31,559 nucleotides of DNA from a virus (lineage: Duplodnaviria > Caudoviricetes), in the IMG/VR virus record IMGVR_UViG_3300033109_000098, positions 1-31,559 of that record, one strand, 5' to 3'. The notes under the pieces were generated by a model. The model did not search any database. It saw only the letters and a list, made by a program, of their open reading frames with translations, and was not told the origin of the DNA. The translations under genes were made by a program, and so were the position numbers. Of the stretch, positions 23,914 through 31,559 are shown one piece after another; position 1 is the stretch's first letter, and each line of letters starts with the position of its first letter.

Positions 23914-26349
23914 TCAGCCCCATGGATTGGACTCCTGCTCGGTTGCGGCCCAATTCTCCGGGCGCTGGTAATACCATTCGCGACTGCCGCCGCTCTGGCG
24001 TTTCTTGATCCAGCCGAGGCGCTTCATGGCGATGCCGACGCGCGTACTCATCTGGCGCGCGGAATCGATCTTGCCGGGCTCGATTTTGAGGCAGTCCGTA
24101 ATGACTTCCGTGACAGTCACACGCTCATCAAGCGAGCCACGCAGCCACTTGGAAATCATCGACTGCCACGGATCCGCGATCTCGCGGTCGGCCTGCTCGG
24201 GCTCGAACAGGTCGCGCTGCTCCTCGCGTGTCGGGTGCCAGCGGTCTCCGGCGTGGAAACACTTGACCGCTTCAGCGAAAAGCTGATCGCGCGTCCTCAC
24301 CAGGCCATCGAGGTCTATGTGGTCGACCTCTTCAGCCCGAAGCGGCCAATAGCGAGAGTTTCCAGTCTGATCCTTGAAGTATTCATCCTGGTTGGTCGTG
24401 CCGAAAAATAGCGTGTTGCGGGGCCAGTCCTTCGGCGCACGGTCATAGGGCGCGCGGAAGCGATCTTCCCGACTCGATATGAATGCCTTGATACGCGTCG
24501 ACTCGGCGCGGTTGAAGGCATCGAGCTCAGCGATCTCGTACAGCCACTTTCCCTGGATCAACTGGTAGGCATCTTTGCTGTTGAGATCGATCGGCGTGTC
24601 GCCGTACCACTGGCCGCCCAGAATGCTCACCGCAGTGGATTTGCCACGGAACTGCGCACCCTCGAAAATCGGCATCGCTCGCATATGGCAGCCTGGTCGA
24701 TAAATCCGCGCCACCATGCCGATCAGGAACATGCGGGCCACCAGCATGGTGTATTGCGTTTTCTTCACGCCGACGAAGTCCGTCAGCCAGTCATCCAGGC
24801 GCGGCTGGCCATCCCACACGAGACCGTCCAGATACTCGCGCACCGGGTGGCAGCGCGACTCGCGCGCCGCCCAGCCGACCGACGCCGCGATGTTGCCCGC
24901 GCTCTGCACGATCAGCCGTTCCTGCTGCGCGAGCCACAGGCCCAGGCGCAGATCGTCGTCCTCGCCCCACTCGCTGCCGTGCACGAAATCCGACTCCGAC
25001 TCCCAGGGCGCGGCACGCCGCTTGATGATCTTGCGGGCGAATTCATCGGCCCACAGCACCCCCCGCCATTCCGGGTGATGGCGCAGGATCAGGTAGACGT
25101 TTTCCCGGCAGTCGACGAGCCGGCCATCCTTGCGCAGCAGCTCGCGGCGCCACCAGTGCGATCCGCCGTCCGACCCGTCGCCCGCGCCAGCCGGCGGGGC
25201 GTCAAAGTGCCCGCCGTCGTCGGCCGGCAAGCCATCCTCCCCCTGCCAGGGCTGCGCCAGGCGCACGGCGTTCGCGCGAATGTGGTTGGCCAGCTCGGTC
25301 CCGATCAGCCCCTCGTCGACGGCGTCGGCGATGTCCCAGCCGTCCGGTTTGTCGCCCGGTTCCGGAATGCGCACGTTCCATACGTCGCAGCCCGCCTCGA
25401 GCAGCTGGCGCCCGATCTCGGCCATCGTCTTGACGCCGGGCTGATCATCTTCGGGCAGCAGCGGCTTGGCAGCCTGCGCCTCGATGATCGATGCCGCGAT
25501 CGCGCCCGCCTCGAGGCCGGCCGCCTTGCCCTGTTCCGCGAGCGCGTCCTTTTCAGCCTTGCTGAGCGGCTCGCGCTTCGCATCGCAATCGGCCCACAGG
25601 ATCACCTTGCGGCCGTAGAGCGGGCTGAAATCGGCTTTCTTGACCGCCTTGCCGCCCCCCGGCCAGCTCGCCACCGCCAGCTCGGGCAGCTGCGCATGGC
25701 CGGCGTCGGCGCATTTCTCGCCCTCGACCAGCAGCACCGTCGCGGTCGGCTTTTCGGCCAGGCGATCGAGGCCATACAGCGGCCGCGGCTGCGGAAACGA
25801 GATCCACTGCCACGACTCCAGGCCGGAATCCTTGTGGTGACACCACGACAGCGGCAGCGTTTCCTTGCCGCCCGTGCTGGTGCGGAACCGGTACACATAG
25901 CCCAGCACCGCGCCGGCGGCATCGCGATAAGCCCACACGGTTTCAGGCAGCCCGCGCTTGAAGTGCGCATTGGGCGGCGCCTCGGCATGCGCGGGCGCCG
26001 GCTGAACGGGTATCCACGGCGAGACCTTTTTCTCGCGCTCGACCTCGCGCCGCACCGGCGAGCCGGCCGCACCCGGGATCTCGTTACCGCCCAGCGCCTT
26101 GCAGGCGTCAACAAACGAAAGCTGCTGGTATTCCTGCAGGAAATCGATCGCATCGCCATGTGCGCCGCAGCCGAAGCATTGATAGAACCGCTTGGCCGGG
26201 CTCACCTTGAACGACGGCGTATCCTCGGTGTGGAACGGGCAGCAGGCCTCGTATTCCGCGCCGCTCTTCTTGAGCGGCACGAAACGGTCGATCACCGCGA
26301 CGATGTCGACGCGGCTCAGGAGTTCTTTGGCGTCGATCCGGTCCTGCAC
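23914..26349 (-). CDS. CHC2 Zn-finger primase (Toprim-like) fused to VapE/VirE-type helicase (811 aa)
   Basis: CCPFHTEDTPSF...CFGC, LVEGEKCADA, WADCD, GAQFRGKST Walker A, EIAELD, GTTN, TGNSRYWP. Confidence 0.92.
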   Translation of the reverse strand: MQDRIDAKELLSRVDIVAVIDRFVPLKKSGAEYEACCPFHTEDTPSFKVSPAKRFYQCFGCGAHGDAIDFLQEYQQLSFVDACKALGGNEIPGAAGSPVRREVEREKKVSPWIPVQPAPAHAEAPPNAHFKRGLPETVWAYRDAAGAVLGYVYRFRTSTGGKETLPLSWCHHKDSGLESWQWISFPQPRPLYGLDRLAEKPTATVLLVEGEKCADAGHAQLPELAVASWPGGGKAVKKADFSPLYGRKVILWADCDAKREPLSKAEKDALAEQGKAAGLEAGAIAASIIEAQAAKPLLPEDDQPGVKTMAEIGRQLLEAGCDVWNVRIPEPGDKPDGWDIADAVDEGLIGTELANHIRANAVRLAQPWQGEDGLPADDGGHFDAPPAGAGDGSDGGSHWWRRELLRKDGRLVDCRENVYLILRHHPEWRGVLWADEFARKIIKRRAAPWESESDFVHGSEWGEDDDLRLGLWLAQQERLIVQSAGNIAASVGWAARESRCHPVREYLDGLVWDGQPRLDDWLTDFVGVKKTQYTMLVARMFLIGMVARIYRPGCHMRAMPIFEGAQFRGKSTAVSILGGQWYGDTPIDLNSKDAYQLIQGKWLYEIAELDAFNRAESTRIKAFISSREDRFRAPYDRAPKDWPRNTLFFGTTNQDEYFKDQTGNSRYWPLRAEEVDHIDLDGLVRTRDQLFAEAVKCFHAGDRWHPTREEQRDLFEPEQADREIADPWQSMISKWLRGSLDERVTVTEVITDCLKIEPGKIDSARQMSTRVGIAMKRLGWIKKRQSGGSREWYYQRPENWAATEQESNPWG

Positions 26350-26525
26350 ATCGTCCCCTCTGCCGTCACCGGCCCGATCGCGTTGTCGTTATCTGCCGCC
26401 GGATCTGCGTCCAGCATGCGCCTGAGTGTGTCGAAATAGCGCGTCGCCAGCTGCGGCGTCGGCCGCGCCTGCATCGCGTGGGCCAGGGCATACGCCTGGC
26501 GGAGTGGTTGGGATGGCTGCGGCAT
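26316..26525 (-). CDS. Hypothetical protein (69 aa)
   Basis: TGATG coupling to the upstream gene. Overlaps the primase start. Confidence 0.5.
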   Translation of the reverse strand: MPQPSQPLRQAYALAHAMQARPTPQLATRYFDTLRRMLDADPAADNDNAIGPVTAEGTMCRTGSTPKNS

Positions 26526-26926
26526 CAGCCGACGCTCCTGATGCTCGCCCTGGCTTCCATCGATTCGATCCGCTTGGCCAGCTCGCTCAAGCGCTTCGTC
26601 GAGTCGATGAATTCACGCCGAAGCGCATCGGCTGCATCGGTAGGATCCAATGGCTCAGGCTTGCGATATCCGCACTCGTCGGCGATGAAGGCCATGCCCG
26701 CATGCACCCCGGCATCGCGTGCCAGACGCAACAGCTGCAGAAGTTGATCGGGGCTGAAATTTTCGCGGCGATCGCTGTTCAGGCAATCCATCACCCATCG
26801 CGCCGCATGGTCCGGTTTCATGTCAGGCCGCATACGCGCCCCGACGACCTTTGCCCCACCGAGCACCGAAATCACGTGGCGCATCGCATCGCGCCAGTCA
26901 TCAAAAAAAAGCGGTTCCTGGTTCAT
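26525..26926 (-). CDS. CII-like regulator (133 aa)
   Basis: LGGAKVVGARMRP...DCLNSDRRENFSPDQ pattern. Located between cro and the replication gene. SD AAGGGG before ATG 26926. Confidence 0.65.
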   Translation of the reverse strand: MNQEPLFFDDWRDAMRHVISVLGGAKVVGARMRPDMKPDHAARWVMDCLNSDRRENFSPDQLLQLLRLARDAGVHAGMAFIADECGYRKPEPLDPTDAADALRREFIDSTKRLSELAKRIESMEARASIRSVG

Positions 26927-26927
26927 G

Positions 26928-26991
26928 TCCGACCCCTTCCGATTTTTTCGGACACCGTCGGACAGACTTCCGACGGCGAAAAAAATAAGCT
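26928..26991 (+). promoter_or_regulatory. Putative PRE-like activator-dependent promoter
   Basis: TCCGA/TCGGA repeats at ~10-bp spacing. TCGGA-N6-TCCGA brackets the -35 position, 17 bp from TAAGCT. Confidence 0.45.
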
Positions 26992-27139
26992 GCAAGCCAT
27001 GGAACACATCGCGCGATCCCTCACAAAGAGCCCCGGGCACGAAGCCCGGGGAGGCCATAACGCCTTGACAACAGAGGAGGACTGCATGGGCAGACAGTTG
27101 AAGCACTCCACGCCTGCCAGGTGGATCCTGAAGCCGCGC

Positions 27140-27565
27140 TCACGCCGACTGCTCCGGCTGATCGTCCAGCTCGCGCCGACGATCGCCCTCTCGCCGATCG
27201 CCGTCACGCGGCTCGCCAAATGCCCCGAAGGTCGATTCCTGCAGCGCTCGGCGATTGCACTCGCGGCGGTCGAGGCCCGTGCGGGGTTCGCCAAACTCGC
27301 CAAAATCGGCCGGCATGCCGCCAGCAGGCGAAACCGTCTCGCGGGTCAACAGCGTGGGCATGCGTGATTCGATGAGGGGAGTGGAGAATTCGACCGTCGG
27401 AGCGGTCTCGAACCATTCGGGATGTGCCGCCTTGACGTGCAGCAGTCGCGCGTTCGGCAGCTTGTTCATACGCTTCCATTGCGAAACAGCGGCCGGACTG
27501 CACTCCCAAAACACCGCAGCGGCCGACGGGCCGCCCAGTTTTTGAATAATCGTTCGCGCATCCAT
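27140..27565 (-). CDS. cro: Cro-like HTH regulator with repetitive C-terminal extension (141 aa)
   Basis: IIQKLGGPSAAA...SPAAVSQWK HTH. Divergent from the repressor. Confidence 0.8.
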   Translation of the reverse strand: MDARTIIQKLGGPSAAAVFWECSPAAVSQWKRMNKLPNARLLHVKAAHPEWFETAPTVEFSTPLIESRMPTLLTRETVSPAGGMPADFGEFGEPRTGLDRRECNRRALQESTFGAFGEPRDGDRREGDRRRELDDQPEQSA

Positions 27566-27570
27566 GATTG

Positions 27571-27610
27571 ATTATAAGCATACTTATTCAGGAGTAGCAA
27601 GCATACTTAC
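27571..27610. promoter_or_regulatory. OR-like operators overlapping the PR-like promoter
   Basis: ATAAGCATACTTAT (27574-27587) and CAAGCATACTTAC (27598-27610). Minus-strand TTGCTA-N18-TATAAT. Confidence 0.85.
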
Positions 27611-27635
27611 ACGCGCCACAAATACCATGGGCGCC

Positions 27636-27989
27636 ATGGATGATGAATTCGACCTGACCACCAAATCCGGACGGATCGGATACGTCATCGAGAGCAGCGG
27701 GCACAGCCCGGCTTCGATCGCTCCCCTTCTCGGCTGCAAACCCTCAGCCGTGTATCAGTGGATCGATGGCAGCACCAAGAACCTGAAAGAGCATCTGTTG
27801 TGGAAGCTGGCCGATATCACCGGGTACGAGGCCAGATGGATCAGCCAGGGCGAGGGACCGAGAAAGATCGACAAGGCCATCCGGCACGCCAATGACGTGC
27901 TGCTGGCCATGGAACCCGAAGCCCGCTACACCGCGGTCCGTCTTCTTGATACGCTCGCTGAACCGCAAAAAACCAACGGCTACCAATAG
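27636..27989 (+). CDS. cI: CI-like repressor, HTH without S24 peptidase (117 aa; alternative start 27627)
   Basis: SPASIAPLLGCKPSAVYQWIDG HTH, ARWISQGEG motif. Divergent from cro and flanked by operators. Confidence 0.85.
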   Translation: MDDEFDLTTKSGRIGYVIESSGHSPASIAPLLGCKPSAVYQWIDGSTKNLKEHLLWKLADITGYEARWISQGEGPRKIDKAIRHANDVLLAMEPEARYTAVRLLDTLAEPQKTNGYQ

Positions 27990-28049
27990 GGCGAAAGTGA
28001 TCCGCATCGGTATCCAGCTTGAATTCAAATTCGAATACAAGGAACGGCA

Positions 28050-28463
28050 ATGAGATCGCGCGCCCTGCTGGTTTTCACGCTCCTGGCCTGCTCCTCACCG
28101 GCACTGGCCGGCGTCTACAAATGCGAGAAGGATGGCCGCCCGGTTTATTCCGACCTGCCCTGCCCGAAGGCCAAACCCGTCGACCTCACCAACGGCCGCG
28201 CACCCGATCGTGCAGACATGTATTCCGCCCAGGCGCGCGCCCTTCGCGACCAGGCCGCGATCGCCGACAAAGCCGCGCAGGAAGCGCGCGACCGCAAACA
28301 GAGTAAGGAATGCGACAAGATCCTGCGCGACCATAATTGGACCGTCGCCACCGCCGCCAAATACCCGGATGATCAGTGGTGGAAAAACCAGGTCACCGAC
28401 AGCACCGACAACCTCAACAAGCGTTGCGGCAAGTTCCTTATACCTGGTGGCATAGGCTACTGA
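28050..28463 (+). CDS. Secreted DUF4124-like protein (moron, 137 aa)
   Basis: Signal peptide ending ALA, then VYKCEKDGRPVYSDLPC. SD AAGGA. Confidence 0.8.
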   Translation: MRSRALLVFTLLACSSPALAGVYKCEKDGRPVYSDLPCPKAKPVDLTNGRAPDRADMYSAQARALRDQAAIADKAAQEARDRKQSKECDKILRDHNWTVATAAKYPDDQWWKNQVTDSTDNLNKRCGKFLIPGGIGY

Positions 28464-28542
28464 TCGGCCGCCATCCCGCTTCACCCATCCCGCCCGATTA
28501 GGTCGCGGACGCTCCGTCCGCCTCCCGTCTTTCGCGAAAAAT

Positions 28543-28582
28543 GTAAGTATGCTTGCATTTCTGCTGTTAGCATGCTTATACT
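28543..28582 (+). promoter_or_regulatory. OL-like operators and PL-like promoter
   Basis: GTAAGTATGCTTG (28543-28555, exact reverse complement of 27598-27610) and TTAGCATGCTTAT (28567-28579). TTGCAT-N18-TATACT. Confidence 0.85.
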
Positions 28583-28631
28583 GTGCACAATGCAGCCATG
28601 CCCAGAGTGGGCGATTCAAAAGGAGCTAGGG

Positions 28632-29042
28632 ATGGATCAGAAATTGAAAAATGCGACTACAGGGCAGCACGCGCATCTGGCGAGCGTTGTCGGCGGGTTG
28701 AAGAAGCGGATTGATGCTGCCCTGGGTGTGGGCGTATGCGAGACGTGCAGTGGCGCGCGTGAGATTCGCCGCCCTTATTCGGCTGTCGAGCGCGTTCCCT
28801 GTCCGATCTGCACCTCGGCGATCAACAAGCGGCCCCATCCGCTTGATCGATCAACGCAGAACAGACAGGAGACGACCATGAACGGCCTACGCACCCGCCT
28901 CGAGCTCGACCGCGCCGCCCAGCGCGCCCACAACGACATGGTGAAGCCGATCGACCGCGCGATCGCATGGATCGCCGGCATCATCGCCGCATTCATCTTC
29001 ATCTGGCAGATTTTCGAAGCCGTCGGGAAGGTGGTGCACTGA
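28632..29042 (+). CDS. Early protein: Zn-finger N-part (CETC...CPIC) in frame with a small membrane protein starting at 28878
   Basis: SD AGGAG before both 28632 and 28878. C-terminal TM helix. Confidence 0.6.
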   Translation: MDQKLKNATTGQHAHLASVVGGLKKRIDAALGVGVCETCSGAREIRRPYSAVERVPCPICTSAINKRPHPLDRSTQNRQETTMNGLRTRLELDRAAQRAHNDMVKPIDRAIAWIAGIIAAFIFIWQIFEAVGKVVH

Positions 29043-29539
29043 TGGCCAAGGCAATCGACCAAGTCGCAGCCATGCAGCGACGCCAGTCCGTGCTGGACTA
29101 CCTCAACGCGCATCCAAAAAGCGGCTTCGACGACCTGCTGCGCGCGCTCGGGCATCAGATCGACGAGCCGCAGCTGTGCGGCGCGCTGATCGCCATGGTC
29201 AAGCGCAGAGAACTCGCCAGCTCAGGCCCGGCCAAGGAGCGGATTTTCATCGCCCTGAAAACCGTCACCATGAGCGTCGACGAAGTGCTCGAGGCGCAGC
29301 GCCAGCGCAAGCGCGCCAACTACCGGCGCCATGCCGAACGCATCTCGATCAGCAACAAGAACCGGAAAAAGGAACGCCGGGCGACCCGCGAAGCCGCTCC
29401 AAAACCCGAACAGGCCACGGCCAACGACGCGCCGGGCCACTACCGGCACTACCCCGGCAAGGGCGGCCCGCTCGGCTACCAGGGCGGACAGGGCGCCTGC
29501 CGGCCCGCCGTCTACGTCAACTGCGAACAGCACTACTGA
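29042..29539 (+). CDS. Putative winged-helix DNA-binding protein (165 aa)
   Basis: TGATG coupling. VLDYLNAHP...ALIAMVKRREL pattern and basic tail. Confidence 0.6.
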   Translation: MAKAIDQVAAMQRRQSVLDYLNAHPKSGFDDLLRALGHQIDEPQLCGALIAMVKRRELASSGPAKERIFIALKTVTMSVDEVLEAQRQRKRANYRRHAERISISNKNRKKERRATREAAPKPEQATANDAPGHYRHYPGKGGPLGYQGGQGACRPAVYVNCEQHY

Positions 29540-29551
29540 GGAGCGATCACC

Positions 29552-29821
29552 ATGTGCGACTTGATTCACAACGACCAGGGCGGCATCACCTACGCCCCCC
29601 AGCAACGCATCGGCGAGGCCGAGCGCCGCCACGCCACCCTCGGCGAGGTGCGCATGGTCATCGAAGGCCTGACCGAACTCTGCGCCGAGGTGCGCCGCAG
29701 CTGGCCCGAACGCTACCCCATGCCACCCGAGCTCGACGCCCTGCTCAGGTATCAGGATTACGCCCTGCTGCGCGCGCGCTCGGGCGAGCTGAAGCGGTTT
29801 GCCGAGGTGTGCGAATCGTGA
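29552..29821 (+). CDS. Hypothetical protein (89 aa)
   Basis: SD GAGGAG and operon context. Confidence 0.7.
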   Translation: MCDLIHNDQGGITYAPQQRIGEAERRHATLGEVRMVIEGLTELCAEVRRSWPERYPMPPELDALLRYQDYALLRARSGELKRFAEVCES

Positions 29822-30030
29822 ACGACGACCAGCTCAGCGCGCGGCGTATCGCCATCATCCAGGCCATCGACGCCGCCTGGGAAAAGCACGCCCAGCGCAT
29901 CGTGCTGCAGGTGCCGACCGGGTGCGACTCGCTGCGCCAGGTGCAGGGCGGCGAGGTTATCGGCCGGCTCGGGTTCACCCTGGCCGTGATGGGCGTCATG
30001 GAAACCGTCATGGGGGGACAAGTCGCATGA
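29818..30030 (+). CDS. Hypothetical protein (70 aa)
   Basis: GTGA and ATGA overlaps with neighbours. Confidence 0.6.
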   Translation: MNDDQLSARRIAIIQAIDAAWEKHAQRIVLQVPTGCDSLRQVQGGEVIGRLGFTLAVMGVMETVMGGQVA

Positions 30031-30314
30031 ACATCAAGATCGGATTCGCCGACGCGGTTCGCGAGGCAGTGAGCCGCGGAAATGACGACTGGCTGCATTC
30101 TGGCTGGGTCGTCATTCGCAGAACAGAACCGTACAAGCCACGTGGGGACAGGGCTACGGCGATGATCCATGCGCAAGATCATGTGACGCCAGACATCAAG
30201 GAATACTGGAATCTCGCCAGGATGATGAAGCGCGTCGACGAGCAGGCGCGCATCGAGGCCGAGCGCTTCGCGAAGGAACTTCGCATCAAGCAATTTTCAG
30301 GAATCTGCGCATAG
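30027..30314 (+). CDS. Hypothetical protein (95 aa)
   Basis: ATGA coupling. SD GGGGGA. Confidence 0.65.
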   Translation: MNIKIGFADAVREAVSRGNDDWLHSGWVVIRRTEPYKPRGDRATAMIHAQDHVTPDIKEYWNLARMMKRVDEQARIEAERFAKELRIKQFSGICA

Positions 30315-30347
30315 ACACGGCACCGCCAAATTGAAAGGAACCCAGGC

Positions 30348-31559
30348 ATGAACGCCCCCACCCAACCCGAACACACGCAACCCGCCCAGGCCTTCGAACA
30401 CCTGCGGCTATTCGAGCTCTGCCGCTCGCCGACCAATCCGCGCCGCACCTTCGACGAGGCCAAGCTGCAGGAAATGGCCGACAGCATCGCCAAACATGGC
30501 GTGATCCAGCCGATCCTCGTGCGGCCGTGGCCAGCCGAGCAGGCCTTGCCCACCCCGCTCGACGACGTCTCCAGCCCGTTGCCGAAATTCGAAGTCATCG
30601 CCGGCGAGCGCCGTTTCCGCGCCGCACGTCTCGCAGGCCTCGACGCGATCCCGGCGAACATCCGCCAGCTCACCGACAACGAAGTGCTCGAGATCCAGAT
30701 CGTCGAAAACCTGCAGCGCGAGGAGGTGCACCCGATCGAGGAGGCCGAAGGCTATCAGACCCTCATGCAGCGCACCGGCTGCAGCGCCGAGGAGCTGGCC
30801 GACAAGGTCGGGCGCAGCAAGGCCTACATCTACGCCAGGCTCAAGCTCACCGCGCTCTGCGAGGCCGGCCGCGAGGCTTTCCGCGAGGGCAAGCTCACCG
30901 CCAGCACCGCGCTGTTGATCGCGCGCATCCCGGGCGAGCAGCTGCAGACGGAAGCGATCGACGCGATCATCGACGACTGGCACGGTCCGCTCTCATTCCG
31001 CCGCGCCGCCCAGGTCATCCAGAATCACTATACCCTGCGCCTGGGCGATGCCCCCTTCGACATCTTCGACGCCGACCTGGTGCCGGACGCCGGATCCTGC
31101 GCCGGCTGCCCCAGCCGCAGCGGCAACCATCCCGAACTCTTCGCTGATATCGAGGGCACCGACGTCTGCACGAATCCGGATTGCTTCCAGCACAAGCGCG
31201 AGGCCTGGGCCGAGATCAAACGCGCTGCCGCCGTTGCCGAAGGCAAGCAGGTCATCACCGGCAAGGATGCAGAAAAGATCGTCCCCAGCTATTCGAGCAA
31301 CCTCGATTACATCCAGGGCGGCTACATCGCCCTCGACGCCCGCTGCTATGACGTCGATCCTGTGCGCGAGATCCCGCCCGAGCCCACGGAACCGGAAACC
31401 GACGACGACGACTCGCCCGAATGGGAGGCCTACAACAAGGCGATCGACGAGTGGGAGGAGCAAAAGGACGCCGCCCAGCCAACCTATCGCGAGCTGCTGG
31501 ACGACGATCACGGGGATGGATTCGCCGTCCAGCACCCGCGCACCGGTGACATGATCGAG
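30348..31559 (+). CDS. parB: ParB/Spo0J-family protein with Cys-rich C-terminal region (runs off the window; not in the ORF track)
   Basis: Translated by hand from ATG 30348: SPTNPRRTF...GVIQPILVR...IAGERRFRAA...ENLQRE..HPIEEA, HTH, then CAGC...CTNPDC. SD AAAGGA. Confidence 0.88.
   Translation, partial: MNAPTQPEHTQPAQAFEHLRLFELCRSPTNPRRTFDEAKLQEMADSIAKHGVIQPILVRPWPAEQALPTPLDDVSSPLPKFEVIAGERRFRAARLAGLDAIPANIRQLTDNEVLEIQIVENLQREEVHPIEEAEGYQTLMQRTGCSAEELADKVGRSKAYIYARLKLTALCEAGREAFREGKLTASTALLIARIPGEQLQTEAIDAIIDDWHGPLSFRRAAQVIQNHYTLRLGDAPFDIFDADLVPDAGSCAGCPSRSGNHPELFADIEGTDVCTNPDCFQHKREAWAEIKRAAAVAEGKQVITGKDAEKIVPSYSSNLDYIQGGYIALDARCYDVDPVREIPPEPTEPETDDDDSPEWEAYNKAIDEWEEQKDAAQPTYRELLDDDHGDGFAVQHPRTGDMIE

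Larger units (their letters stand above)
1..31559. mobile_element. Temperate siphophage/prophage genome segment (cos-type, lambda-like terminase and portal, HK97-type capsid, Mor-type late control)
   Basis: Uninterrupted phage gene order: repressor/cro switch, replication, packaging, head, tail and lysis. No host housekeeping genes. Both ends extend beyond the window. Confidence 0.97.

Noticed and set aside
40-26439. Many long plus-strand ORFs opposite the structural genes (e.g. 1876-3765, 12152-13888, 14006-15964, 24685-26439)
   Set aside because: Shadow ORFs expected in GC-rich DNA. They lie antisense to motif-bearing genes and have Arg/Gly/Ala-rich, motif-free translations.
27108-27125. 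GCCTGCCAG as a third late-promoter copy
   Set aside because: Only ~9 bp match, with no hairpin partner and no TGCAATTTTT dyad.
28019-28037. Palindromes TTGAATTCAA and ATTCGAAT upstream of the DUF4124-like gene
   Set aside because: Single short occurrences with no recognisable regulator consensus, so they cannot be supported.
28579-28597. Possible LexA box TACTGTGCACAATGCAG at PL
   Set aside because: CTG and CAG are separated by 9 nt, not the 10 required for CTG-N10-CAG.
1-31559. tRNA/rRNA genes, integrase, stop-codon reassignment
   Set aside because: None seen. TAA, TAG and TGA all terminate well-supported genes.

Overview
The window is a contiguous ~31.5 kb piece of a GC-rich temperate siphophage or prophage, probably from a proteobacterial host. 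No host genes, integrase or att ends are visible. The minus strand, read right to left, carries: Cro-like regulator, CII-like protein, a CHC2-primase/VapE helicase fusion with an iteron-rich origin, a gpZ-like gene, a lambda-type cos site, ParB-fused DNA methyltransferase, TerS, TerL (gpA type), a Mor/C-type activator, a small-gene accessory island, gpW-like protein, lambda-type portal, a protease-major capsid fusion, head-tail and tail tube genes, a lysis block, tape measure and tail tip genes (one with an RCC1-like propeller). The plus strand carries a short peptidase-less repressor, a secreted DUF4124-like moron and an early operon ending in a truncated ParB-family gene. The most striking unexplained structure is a canonical integron attC site (16920-16990). 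It closes a precise 311-bp cassette (16674-16984) inserted at a second attC-like hairpin, inside a small-gene island in the phage late region. The cassette ORF is inverted relative to normal integron cassettes, so phage transcription would read it. Other notable features are a duplicated 54-bp late-promoter element that appears to drive leaderless mRNAs, an endolysin-holin in-frame fusion with an internal start, and no tail assembly chaperone at its usual position. All family assignments come from motif recognition by eye; no searches were run.
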